From an uncultured delta proteobacterium (lineage in GTDB: Bacteria; Desulfobacterota; Desulfobacteria; Desulfobacterales; Desulfosalsimonadaceae), in assembly GCA_963826785.1 (NCBI GenBank), contig CAWGYD010000005.1, positions 32,001 to 96,000 on the forward strand: a stretch of DNA of 64,000 bases, read 5' to 3'. The notes beneath the pieces were generated by a model. It did not search any database, was not told the origin of the DNA, and was given only the letters and a program-made list of their open reading frames with translations. Of the stretch, positions 10,666 through 20,371 are shown piece after piece. Each line of letters opens with the position of its first letter. Within the stretch, counting starts at the first letter, position 1. Made by a program: the position numbers and the translations under genes.

Positions 10666-11663
10666 TGTCGAAGATCGTTTCTAAAATCTTCTGGACCACC
10701 TTCGCCACCGGTATGCTGCTGGCGCTGCTGATGTTTCTGGGCCTCTGCCTGGGGTCGGCTGGAACCGGCAGTCGGCCGTTTGTCGAGGTCATCCGCAGTT
10801 TCCATCACCCGGAATCGCCCATGTATGCCATTATCTGGCAGCTTCGTTTTCCCCGGGTGCTGGTGGCCGCCCTGGTGGGGGCCACGCTTTCCATCGGCGG
10901 GCTGGTTTTTCAGGCCCTGCTCCGCAACCCCCTGGCTGAACCCTACATCCTGGGCATTTCCGGCGGGTCGGCCATAGGCGCCATTATCGGTATACTCTTG
11001 AATCTCGCCCGCTTCCCCGGAGTGAGCCTGTTTGCCTTCCTGGGCGGCATGGGGACCCTGTTTCTGGTGCTGGCCGTGAGCAGGGGGGCGACGTTGATGA
11101 AAAAGGAAACGCTTCTGCTGGCCGGCGTGATGGTCAACGCTTTCTGCTCGGCGGTCATCATGTTTCTCATCTCCCTCACCCAGGATGCGCGGATCCACAA
11201 CATCATCTTCTGGCTGATGGGCGACCTTTCCGCCATCGGCATGCACGAAACCGGCATGCTGGCCCTGATGGTAATTCCCTGTTTTCTGATCATATTCCGG
11301 CTGTCAAATGCCATGAACCTGCTGCTGATGGGAAAGGAAATGGCCCAATCCATGGGGATCAACGTCACCTGGATCACCATGCTGCTTCTGGTCATCAGTT
11401 CGTTCATGGTGAGCGCCACGGTGGCCAATTGCGGGCTGGTGGCCTTCGTGGGCCTGGTGATACCGCACCTGTTCCGGCTGATCCTGGGGGCGGACCACCG
11501 GATTCTGGCGCCGGCCTGCATCTTCGGGGGAGGCGCCTACCTGGTGGCCTGCGATCTGCTGGCGCGGACCCTGCCGCGCCAGGGGGAAATCCCGGCCGGG
11601 GTGATCACCGCGCTGGTGGGGGCACCGGTATTTATCCTGCTGCTCAAGAGGGCGGGCAGATGA
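10662..11663 (+). CDS. btuC: Cobalamin/FecCD-family ABC permease
   Basis: LRFPRVL, FQALLRNPLAEPYILGISGG, FVGLVIPH and EIPAGVIT. Confidence 0.88.
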   Translation: MMSKIVSKIFWTTFATGMLLALLMFLGLCLGSAGTGSRPFVEVIRSFHHPESPMYAIIWQLRFPRVLVAALVGATLSIGGLVFQALLRNPLAEPYILGISGGSAIGAIIGILLNLARFPGVSLFAFLGGMGTLFLVLAVSRGATLMKKETLLLAGVMVNAFCSAVIMFLISLTQDARIHNIIFWLMGDLSAIGMHETGMLALMVIPCFLIIFRLSNAMNLLLMGKEMAQSMGINVTWITMLLLVISSFMVSATVANCGLVAFVGLVIPHLFRLILGADHRILAPACIFGGGAYLVACDLLARTLPRQGEIPAGVITALVGAPVFILLLKRAGR

Positions 11664-12481
11664 CAGATGCGGTCCGCGTTCACTCCCTTTCATACGGCTA
11701 TGAGGCCGAAACGGTGCTGGATGATATCTCCTTCAACGTGCGCGCAGGGGAGTGCTTCGTCATCATCGGGCCCAACGGGTCGGGCAAAACCACCCTGACC
11801 AAGATCATCGCCGGGCTCATCCGTCCGAAACAGGGACAAATCGATTTGATGGGAACCCCCATGCGGGCCTACTCCCGCAGGACCCTGGCCCGGTTGCTGG
11901 CCATCGTCCCCCAGTCCATTCCCATGGATTTTCCCTTCACGGTAAAAGAGGTGGTGCTGTTCGGCAGGACTCCGCACCTGGGCACCTTCGGCCTGGAATC
12001 GAAAGCGGATTTGGAACTGGCCCGGCAGGCCATGGTTTTCACCGAGGTGGCCCACCTCGCCCGCCGGCGGCTGGACCAGTTAAGCGGCGGCGAGCGCCAG
12101 CGGGTGTTTATCGCCCGGGCCATCTGTCAGGAGCCCGAGGTCATGGTCTTAGACGAGCCCACCGCTTCGCTGGATATCGCGCACCAGCTCCGGATCATGG
12201 ACCTGATGGAAAAGATGAAAAAGGAAAAGGGGATCACCGTGATCATGGTGTCCCATGATGTGAACCTGGCCGCCCTGTATGCCGATACCCTGCTGTTGAT
12301 CAGCAGGGGAAAGCTGGTTGAGTACGGCCCACCGAAAGACGTGCTCACCTATGAGATCCTGGAAGCCGTGTACGGGTGCCCCCTGCTGGTGGATGAAAAT
12401 CCACTGGACCGCCTTCCCCGCATCACCCCCGTGCCGGGGCGCTATCTCTCCGGCGGCAGCTTTCCCCCCGATGATTCGTGA
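11660..12481 (+). CDS. btuD: Cobalamin/iron-chelate ABC ATPase
   Basis: ATG at 11660 (ATGA overlap); GPNGSGKT, LSGGERQR, LDEPT and SHD. Confidence 0.88.
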   Translation: MTDAVRVHSLSYGYEAETVLDDISFNVRAGECFVIIGPNGSGKTTLTKIIAGLIRPKQGQIDLMGTPMRAYSRRTLARLLAIVPQSIPMDFPFTVKEVVLFGRTPHLGTFGLESKADLELARQAMVFTEVAHLARRRLDQLSGGERQRVFIARAICQEPEVMVLDEPTASLDIAHQLRIMDLMEKMKKEKGITVIMVSHDVNLAALYADTLLLISRGKLVEYGPPKDVLTYEILEAVYGCPLLVDENPLDRLPRITPVPGRYLSGGSFPPDDS

Positions 12482-12509
12482 TTGGTGAACGTAGGCGTTC
12501 ACGCAGATT

Positions 12510-14244
12510 TCACCCACCCGTGAGCCGTTCCAGACTATCTCTTGCAAATTCGATTCCCGGGTCGATCTGAAGTGCGATCCGGTAAAATTCGATGGCTTTT
12601 TCCGTGTTCCCCATGTCGCGGTAGTTGGAGGCGATATTGGCATAATCGATGGCCGATGCGGGATTCAGCCGCACGACCTCTGAAAAGCAGTCGATGGCTT
12701 TTGCATGCTGTTTGAGCTTGAAATGGCAAAACCCCATCAGGTTGAGGATATCGGTCCGCTCCGGATCTGCCGCCAGGCCCTGCTGCAGGATTTCAAGCGC
12801 CTTTTCAAAGTGCCCCAAATCTTTCAGGCAGACGCCCATATAGGAGCAGATGCTGGAAACATCCTGGGGATCCGGATTCAAATTAAGCGCCCGTTCAAAG
12901 TGGCCGTAAGCGGTTTCGGGATCCCCGGCAGCCAGGTGAACGGTTCCCCGGTAGAAGGCGACGTAGTATTTTCCAGGAAGCACCCGGTCGATCTCGGATA
13001 GTTTCTGCATGGCCGTGGCCGGATCCGCATTTTCGGCGATCAGCTTGCAGGAGAACATGCCCACGCTGGTGGCGGCCGCCCGCTCCCGGAAATGGGCGCC
13101 GGGAACGATGGTGTAAAAGGCGGCGCAATCCAGCTGCGGATGGGTGGTATCGATGGCGATAACTTCAAAATTTCGTTCAGACAGCGCCGATATGCAGCGG
13201 CGCACCTCCGTCCTGAAATTGGGGTCTGATATGTCCGGCAGGCGGGTTATGGGGATTTGCGATGGCGGATGCGTGATGAATCGCGCCTCGTTAAGCGCGG
13301 CAAACTTGGGCAGGCCGCTGGCCACATAATTGGACCCGGAATTGAAATCTCCGCCCAGCTGTGCGGTTTCCGTCAATGCGCGGCTCAGGGCTTTTTCCGG
13401 GTGGGTGGCGGTTCCGGCGGTCCAGACGATCTCGCTTTTTTCCGGAAATGTGGCCGGGTCATGGGCCAGCACCCCCACCGTGGGAATGCCCATGTCCAGG
13501 GTGAAATCGGAAAGATAAAGTGAAATGCCATTCTTTTGGAACTTTTCGATCAGCTGGCGCACCACCGGGTCCGTCGACCGAGTCCGCCTCAATGGCGGGA
13601 ACCCGGCGCTTCTCCCGGCAGATCCGGGCCGACACGTGGCGTTCCACGATTTCGCAGATGCCCTGGCAGAGGGCTTCCTCGGGGCAGTTGCCGGCCGACG
13701 TGCCGTTAAATTCGTTGATGGCGAAAAACCAGTCGAAGGGGACCCGAACGCGTTCTTCCCGGGTCAGGTTGTACCCCCAGGTCCACTTCATGGGCAGGTC
13801 GGAAAAAATTTCTTTGGCAACGGCCAGGTCATCTGAATCATCATGCACGGATTTGGCTATCGAATCCAGATCGATTCGGGGTTCTTTCAGATTTCGGAAT
13901 GTGTCGAAAATGAAGTTTTGGGGCTGACTGGCAAAAGAATAGAAACTGAAGCGCTCCACCAGTTCCATCACCGCGCTGGCTTCGGCCTGGGCCGGGGTGG
14001 CCCCTTTGCCCATCTGTTTCCGGGTGCCGGTCAGGCTCGCCGCATCGGAACCGCAGACACTGAAGTAAACGGGGATATCGAGCCTGCCGTTGTCGATGCG
14101 GACCGTCTGATCCAGGATGCGAAGGTCGAGTCGGTTAAATGCGGCCTTGACCCGGCGGATGGTCTCCTCCGGTGGAACCAGTTTGTCCAGGTCATGCGTG
14201 AATTGCTTGACGGCATCGTGTAAGCGGAGGTGATCCGGTTTCAT
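12510..14244 (-). CDS. YcaO-family protein with C-terminal TPR repeats, frameshifted near 13580
   Basis: GKGAT..ASAVMELVER, NGTSAGN..EEALCQGICEIVER and RALTE, followed by several TPRs. Spans ORFs 13459..14250 and 12510..13592. Confidence 0.85.
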
Positions 14245-14289
14245 AATCAAAATGCTCTCAATGGTCTATATTTGTAAAAAGATTCCGAT

Positions 14290-14535
14290 CCCGCTGCGCG
14301 GTGTTTTTGCAGCAAGGAACTTTCGAGTGGTAAGAGCGGCCGCCGGGACACCCCCCTTTAATTCCCCCCTCAAGGGGGGATTCTTTTTTCTATTCCCCCT
14401 CTCGCGAGGAAGGGCTTTTTGTTTTTATTCCCCTCTCGCGAGGGGGGCTCCATTTTTTATTCCCTTTTGCGCGGGGGGGACTCCTTTTTTAATTCCCCCC
14501 TGTGAGGGGGGACAAAGGGGGGTGTTGGACCTGCC
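14290..14535. repeat. Dispersed intergenic element, copy 2 (inverted), with an internal array of five palindromic units
   Basis: The reverse complement of 14290-14382 matches 9168-9246, and 14505-14535 matches 9066-9097. Units TTCCCC(C)..GGGGG start near 14362, 14393, 14428, 14460 and 14493. Confidence 0.8.
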
Positions 14536-14811
14536 GGCGGGGCTAAGCCATCCGATTATCAAAAGAGCCAATTATTTATAATGGTTTGCAAAAAATCAAA
14601 AAGGCCATGCAGCCGATAGCGCCATACCATAGGCAATAAGGGCGGCCGGGTCAAGTTTTAACCCGGTTTGGAGTTTGACTTTGAGTGTCATGGTGCGCGG
14701 CTTTGATTCATTTGGATGTAACTAAAGGAAATAATTGTTTTTGATTCATTGCGCCATGGGTGTTATGAAGAAATTCTGGATATGAACCTTTTAAAGGTAC
14801 CGGAGAGTTTG

Positions 14812-15861
14812 ATGATCACGCGCAAATCCAAGATCGGCCTTTCGCCAGGGTCGCTGGTCTATGTGGGGGACCGGAAGGACGAACCGGTCCGGATCTCGAT
14901 TATTCATTATGATGCGGATCATGCCACGGAGATGAAATCTGCGGACATTGAAGACGTCCTTGAAACCAAACCCGGTGCAGGGGTGGTTTGGATCAATGTA
15001 TCCGGGGTCCATGATATCCGCATCATCGAAAAAATCGGCCGGCGGTTTGATCTGCACCCGCTTCTTCTGGAAGATATCTTAAATACCGAGCAGCGGCCGA
15101 AGATCGACGACTACGATGATTACCTGTTTTTGACACTGAAGATGGCCTATTTCGACACCAAAGACAAACTCGAACTGGAGCAGGTGGGGATTGTCATTTC
15201 CAGCGGGGTGATCATTTCCTTCCAGGAGCGGGAAGGGGATGTTTTTGAAGCCGTGCGGGAACGGATCCGTAAAGCCAAGGGGCGCATCCGGAAATCCGGG
15301 GCCGATTATCTGGCCTATGCATTAATCGACATGGTGGTGGACCACTATTTCGGGGTCTTGGAAAAAATCGGGGATATCATCGAGGACCTGCAGGAGGAGG
15401 TCATCCATGAGCCGGATCCGGAGACCCTTCATTACATTCAGAATCTCAAACATCAGATAATTCACCTGCGCCGGTCCGTCTGGCCCCTGCGGGAAGTGGT
15501 GAACTGGCTTTTGCGGGGGGAATCGAACCTGGTGGGCAGGGATGTGATGATCTATCTCAAGGATATCTACGACCACACCATCCAGGTGGCGGACACGGTG
15601 GAAACCTATCGGGACATGCTGGCCAGTCTGCTCGACATTTACCTGTCCAGTCTCAGCAACAAAATGAACGAGACAATGAAAGTCCTGACCGTCATTGCCA
15701 CCCTGTTTATTCCCCTGACGTTTTTTACCGGGATATACGGGATGAATTTCAAGTACATGCCGGAGCTGGACTGGCGGTATTCCTACCCGATTTTCTGGCT
15801 GTTCGTCATCGTGGTTTTTATCATGATGATTTTCATGTTCAAACGCAAAAACTGGCTTTGA
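14812..15861 (+). CDS. corA: Magnesium/cobalt transporter CorA
   Basis: GLSPGSLVYVG, HPLLLEDI, QRPK and C-terminal PLTFFTGIYGMNF..MPEL. The start could be 14782. Confidence 0.93.
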   Translation: MITRKSKIGLSPGSLVYVGDRKDEPVRISIIHYDADHATEMKSADIEDVLETKPGAGVVWINVSGVHDIRIIEKIGRRFDLHPLLLEDILNTEQRPKIDDYDDYLFLTLKMAYFDTKDKLELEQVGIVISSGVIISFQEREGDVFEAVRERIRKAKGRIRKSGADYLAYALIDMVVDHYFGVLEKIGDIIEDLQEEVIHEPDPETLHYIQNLKHQIIHLRRSVWPLREVVNWLLRGESNLVGRDVMIYLKDIYDHTIQVADTVETYRDMLASLLDIYLSSLSNKMNETMKVLTVIATLFIPLTFFTGIYGMNFKYMPELDWRYSYPIFWLFVIVVFIMMIFMFKRKNWL

Positions 15862-15908
15862 TGGGTGCACATGACCGGGTTGCCCGTCCACGTGAACGGA
15901 AAGTGAAC

Positions 15909-15938
15909 GTAAAGGTAAAGGTAAAGGTAAAGGTAAAG
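15909..15938. repeat. Microsatellite (GTAAAG)x5
   Basis: Five perfect copies with degenerate GTGAAC/GGAAA units on the left, between the convergent corA and dehydratase genes. Confidence 0.85.
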
Positions 15939-16237
15939 GTTAAAAGACAAAGTAAATATTTATGGGAGGAAAGAAGGTATTTGGAGGGTTATGGCTGGCG
16001 GGCATGTGGACAGGATTCTGTCCGCTCAGTGATCTTTTTGCCGTCCGAAGCAGCTGTGCTCGGATAAATGCTTCGACTTTTGATTACGGCGGACCCACAT
16101 TCCGGCTTTTACAGGCAAAAATCTCAAATTCGCTCCCAGAACCCTGTTCACATGTCCGCCAGAGGTCATATTGCAACAAGATTTAGTTTATTAAGTTTCC
16201 CGGCCCGCATTTGTGAATATTATACGAGGCGGACAAA

Positions 16238-17491
16238 TCAGGCCCGGTGTTTTCTTTCTAAAAGCATTTCGATAAACGCGTCTGCCCGGGTCTGGAATTG
16301 GGCCATGGAAAAATTGCGTTCATCCATGTGATCGGCATCGATGAATACCGACGGGATGCCGAGTTCTTCTTCCAGGGCGCGCCGGATTTCCATCTGGCCC
16401 AGGGTGATGGGGAGGCATGACTTGTTGCGGTGGAAGATCACCCCGTCGATGGCGTAATCCCGGCAGGCCTTGAGCACCATCTCCTTTCTCCGGGAAATGG
16501 AGACGCAGGAAACCAGGGGGTAGGACATGAGGCTTTTGATGGCCAGCGCCCGGATGGGATCGCTGGTGTCCATACGGATGGACCAGGCGGCACTGTAGGT
16601 TTCCGCCACGAAAACGCCGCCGGCGGGTTCGAAATAGTTAAACAGCGCCATGTTGTACCACAGGGGAATATTGTCCCAGAACAGGCGCAATTTTTCGTCT
16701 TCGATCACGCCGATGCCGGCTTCCGCCCGGGATCTGACCTCATCTCTTACCCGGCCGAGATAATCGACTGCGACATCGGTCCCCTGGAGGGTCACCATCA
16801 CGAACATGATGCCCATTTCCGCGGCGGAAAAAGGGACCGGTACGCATTTGCGAAAGGACATGATTTCATCCCACAGGGCGCATGCTTTGTCTGAAAGCGC
16901 CACGGTTTCCGCGAGCCGATCCATATCAAGGGTCCGTCCGGTTTCTGTTTCCAGAAAATCGATCAGCCGGTTCATCTCCGAGACGGCATATTCGATGTGA
17001 GATTCTCCGATCTCTTCCACTGCGGTCTGGGGAAGGTCTCCGGAATAGACCTTTGCCCGGGGAAACCGCCGCTCCAGTGCCTGAAAGATTTTCATCACCG
17101 GGACGCAGCCGCCGAAGGGGGTGAGCAGCAGGTCCGGTTCGGGCAGTCCGCCGAAGGGGGAATTCCTGTCACTCATGGGGCCGTGAACATACCCGATGAT
17201 GTTTCTCAGATACCCGCATAAATCCCGGGAATACCCCATGTTTTCAGATACGGTGAAGTTTTGGGGGGAGAGCCCGAAGGCCGCGCACACCGGCGACCAG
17301 TTCTCCGGAAACACGGGCTGCAGGTCCATGGCGTAAAACAGCTCGATGGCGCCGTTCATGGGCGGCATCCACCCCACCGGTATTTTCTTTGTCTTCGCCT
17401 CGACACATCGGGTGTAGTATTCGGTGATCACCCGGGTGAGTTCTCTTGCCGTGTTGAGCCGTTTCTTGGTTTTGGGCGGACTGTTCATCAT
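16238..17491 (-). CDS. 2-hydroxyacyl-CoA dehydratase / benzoyl-CoA reductase family subunit (HgdA/BcrB-like)
   Basis: PVFPEN, GYSRDLCGY, GGC, DGVIFH..KSC and DADHMD..QTRADAF; three Cys for a 4Fe-4S cluster. Confidence 0.85.
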   Translation of the reverse strand: MMNSPPKTKKRLNTARELTRVITEYYTRCVEAKTKKIPVGWMPPMNGAIELFYAMDLQPVFPENWSPVCAAFGLSPQNFTVSENMGYSRDLCGYLRNIIGYVHGPMSDRNSPFGGLPEPDLLLTPFGGCVPVMKIFQALERRFPRAKVYSGDLPQTAVEEIGESHIEYAVSEMNRLIDFLETETGRTLDMDRLAETVALSDKACALWDEIMSFRKCVPVPFSAAEMGIMFVMVTLQGTDVAVDYLGRVRDEVRSRAEAGIGVIEDEKLRLFWDNIPLWYNMALFNYFEPAGGVFVAETYSAAWSIRMDTSDPIRALAIKSLMSYPLVSCVSISRRKEMVLKACRDYAIDGVIFHRNKSCLPITLGQMEIRRALEEELGIPSVFIDADHMDERNFSMAQFQTRADAFIEMLLERKHRA

Positions 17492-17506
17492 ACTCCCGGA
17501 AGAATT

Positions 17507-18637
17507 TCAGGAATTGCCAGCAGATGGCGCCATCATCTCGAGAAAGGACTCCAGCCGGTTTTTCAGCTGGCCTTCGGCCTGCCAGGTTTCATCCACTTCC
17601 AGCAGAAGGCTGGGCCAGCCGCGGCGCTTGAGTTCATCGGACAGGGCGGGAAAATCGGCCAGGTGCGGCGTACAGAATTTTTGAACCACAAAGATGGCGC
17701 TTTTAGCTCCGGATATTTCCATCAGATCCGCAATCATGGCGCCGCGATCCGCCGCACGGCTCCGGGAAGGGCAGGGGAGGCGGTGGATATGCCGGTGAAA
17801 CAGCCGTTTAACAGGATCTTTTTGATTGCCATACTCCGGAAAGTACCTGCGCAGCCCTGTGCAAAGGTCGTCCGCCACGATTCTGGCCCCGCAGGATTCG
17901 ATCAGGGCGAATATGGCATTTTCTTCGACCAGGCTTCCCGACACCAGCACCCGGGGCCGTTTGTCTACCTGCACAAACGTGTTTCTCATGTGTCCGGCCA
18001 GGGACTCGAGTGCTTCCAGATAATCCTCGGGGGACAGCGCATCTTCTGCGCTCACAATGGTGTTGAAATCCGCTGCGGAGAAGGAAAGCTCGTCATGCAT
18101 CCGCATTTCGTAAAACCGCCACAGGATATCATAGGTGCGGCCATACAGGGCAATGGAACGCGCCAGGGCCGAATCGGAATAGGTGCCGCCGCAATTATTC
18201 AGCCTTGTGGCCAATTCCCGGACAGCTGCGGAAAAAAAATTTCCGGCACCCTCCGTCTGGTTATAGGGCAGGGGCAGGGTGTGCACCAGTTCAAGGTCTA
18301 TGGCGTCCTTCCAGATGTTGACCGTGCCGCAGGCCGCATCACAGGTGTATCCCTGAACGAGTCCGGAAAGGTAATCGTATTTTCCATTCAATGCATTTTC
18401 CAGGCCCCGTTTCATGTAAGGGCAGATGAAATCCGGAACGTGGGCATTGGCTTTTTCAACCGGACCGGGACCGCCGTTGATGCGTGCCGGGATAAATCCG
18501 GCCGCATGGATGATTTCCACCGGCGTATAGGAGCAGAAATAGCCGATGATTTTTTTGCCGGAAGCAGCGGCCCGGCGGAAATAATCAGTGCTTCCATCGA
18601 CCGCATCGGCAAACGGCTTGAGCAGGTCGTCTCTCAT
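17507..18637 (-). CDS. 2-hydroxyacyl-CoA dehydratase family subunit (HgdB/BcrC-like)
   Basis: GYFCSYTPVEIIHAAG, FICPY, YTCD, DDLCTG, KFCTPH and QLKNRLESF. Confidence 0.85.
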   Translation of the reverse strand: MRDDLLKPFADAVDGSTDYFRRAAASGKKIIGYFCSYTPVEIIHAAGFIPARINGGPGPVEKANAHVPDFICPYMKRGLENALNGKYDYLSGLVQGYTCDAACGTVNIWKDAIDLELVHTLPLPYNQTEGAGNFFSAAVRELATRLNNCGGTYSDSALARSIALYGRTYDILWRFYEMRMHDELSFSAADFNTIVSAEDALSPEDYLEALESLAGHMRNTFVQVDKRPRVLVSGSLVEENAIFALIESCGARIVADDLCTGLRRYFPEYGNQKDPVKRLFHRHIHRLPCPSRSRAADRGAMIADLMEISGAKSAIFVVQKFCTPHLADFPALSDELKRRGWPSLLLEVDETWQAEGQLKNRLESFLEMMAPSAGNS

Positions 18638-20346
18638 TTGACGGCTTCCGCATTCCTGCTCAGGGTCTCTGCCGAATCCTGATGCAATCTTGCAAGTTCC
18701 TGGTCCCGCAACTTTCTGCGCAGGATTTTGCCCACCGCACTCTTGGGGAGTTCATGGACAAATTCCACCTGCTTCGGCATCTTGTAGGCGGCCAGGCGCT
18801 CCCGGCAGTAGGCCAGGACCGCTTCAGCCGTCAGATTCTCTCCGGGTTTTACCACCACGAAGGATTTGACCGTCTCGCCCCGGTAGGCATCCGGGATGCC
18901 GATGGTGCACGCCTCCAGGATTGCGGGATGGTCGAAGAGCACATTGTCGAGTTCCACGGGATAGATGTTGTAGCCGCCGGCGATGATCATGTCTTTTTTC
19001 CGGTCCACGATGGAAAGATACCCGTCTTCGTCGAACCGTCCGATATCGCCGGAGTAGAACCACCCGTCCACCAGCACTTTATCCGTCTCTTCCGGCTTCT
19101 TGTAATAGCCCTTCATCACCTGGGGGCCTTTGATGAGGATTTCGCCGGCCTCGCCGGTGGGCATCTCCTTCTCGCCGGTTTCAATGTCCATGATTTTGAT
19201 ATCCGTGTCCGGCACCGGGCAGCCCACCGTTCCCGGTTTGATGACCCCGCCCCAGGGGGTGACCGTGACGACGGGTGAATTTTCGGTGGAGCCGTACACC
19301 TCGCACATGTCCGCGCCGGTTAAGGTTTTGAGCTCCCGGATGGTATCGGCCGCCAGGGGCGCGGCGCCGGAGAAGAAGCCCTTGATAGAGGCCATGTTCA
19401 GCTTTCTGAATTCGGGATCATTTAAGAGCCCCACGAAAATGGTCGGCACGCCGGGCAGGAAAGTGGGCTTGTATTTTTTGATGATCTCGATGTTGATCTT
19501 GGGTTCCGGCCGGGGCACCAGGATGATCTGGTACGCCTGCCAGATGGCAAAGTTCTGGATGGCGGTAAACCCGGCGGAATGGAAAAAAGGAAAATTGCCC
19601 ACCATGATTTCCCCTGCGGGCGCAAGGTCCGGGAACCAGGCGGCAAACTGCTGGACATTGCAGCTCATGTTGGCGTGGGTCAGCATCACCCCCTTGCTCA
19701 CCCCGGTGGTGCCGCCGGTGTAGAGCAGGGCGCCGATTCCTTCCCACTCGCTTCGGTCTTCCACCGGGTCTGTCGGGTATTTTCCAATCAGGTCCGTGAA
19801 CTCCAGCAGGTTTTCATCCGGCGTAATTTTGCGCACCATATCCTTTTTGACCAGCGGGAACAGCTGTTTCTTGGGGAAGGGAAGATAGGAATGGATATGG
19901 CAGGCGATGATCTTTTCAATTTTCGTCTGGTCCATGATTTTTAGGATCCGCGGCACCAACAGGGACAGGGTGATGATGGCCACGGCATCCGAATCATCGA
20001 GTTGATAGGAAAGCTCCCGCTCGGTATAGAGGGGGTTGGTCTGGACGGTTGCCGCACCGATTCTGAAGACCGCGTAATTGGCGATCACCGCCTGGGGAAT
20101 ATTGGGAAGGCATACCGCCACCTTGTCTCCGGCCTTGACACCCAAATCCAAAAGGGCCCGGGAAAACGCATTGACCATTTTCTCCAGTCGTTCATAGGCG
20201 AAAATTTTTCCCATGTAATTGAGAACGGGATGGTCGGGAAAATTTTTTGCGGACCGGGAAAGGGCGGCTGAAACCGTGGTGCGGTCATAATTCAGGCTCG
20301 GTTTTACGCCCGGTGCATAGGATGGGTGCCAGAGTCTGCTGTCCAT
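18634..20346 (-). CDS. Long-chain fatty acid-CoA ligase (FadD-like)
   Basis: YTGGTTGVSKG, YGSTE, GPQVMKGY, YSGDIG, DRKKDMI and LPKSAVGK. Start taken at MDSRLW. Confidence 0.9.
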   Translation of the reverse strand: MDSRLWHPSYAPGVKPSLNYDRTTVSAALSRSAKNFPDHPVLNYMGKIFAYERLEKMVNAFSRALLDLGVKAGDKVAVCLPNIPQAVIANYAVFRIGAATVQTNPLYTERELSYQLDDSDAVAIITLSLLVPRILKIMDQTKIEKIIACHIHSYLPFPKKQLFPLVKKDMVRKITPDENLLEFTDLIGKYPTDPVEDRSEWEGIGALLYTGGTTGVSKGVMLTHANMSCNVQQFAAWFPDLAPAGEIMVGNFPFFHSAGFTAIQNFAIWQAYQIILVPRPEPKINIEIIKKYKPTFLPGVPTIFVGLLNDPEFRKLNMASIKGFFSGAAPLAADTIRELKTLTGADMCEVYGSTENSPVVTVTPWGGVIKPGTVGCPVPDTDIKIMDIETGEKEMPTGEAGEILIKGPQVMKGYYKKPEETDKVLVDGWFYSGDIGRFDEDGYLSIVDRKKDMIIAGGYNIYPVELDNVLFDHPAILEACTIGIPDAYRGETVKSFVVVKPGENLTAEAVLAYCRERLAAYKMPKQVEFVHELPKSAVGKILRRKLRDQELARLHQDSAETLSRNAEAVK

Positions 20347-20371
20347 GGCCAATCTCCTTGTGAAGAAGGGT

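Noticed and set aside
14362..14512. Five regularly spaced palindromes as a CRISPR array
   Set aside because: The units are degenerate, the gaps are short and T-rich rather than unique spacers, and there are no cas genes.
14252..14581. Small ORF beside ycaO as a RiPP precursor (also 9140..9352)
   Set aside because: Both are translations of the intergenic repeat element, which explains their shared peptide text.
15858..16067. VKVKVK-containing small ORF
   Set aside because: It is a read-through of the GTAAAG microsatellite, with no other coding evidence.
16238..18637. Dehydratase pair as PlsA/Ger ether-lipid reductase serving the pfa cluster
   Set aside because: PlsA/Ger carry fused activase domains. 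These are plain HgdA/B-size subunits outside the AT-richer block.
17261..18682. 473-aa plus-strand ORF and other long antisense ORFs (e.g. 4478..5395, 21577..22413, 62526..63455)
   Set aside because: Shadow frames opposite well-supported genes in GC-rich DNA, with no recognisable motifs.
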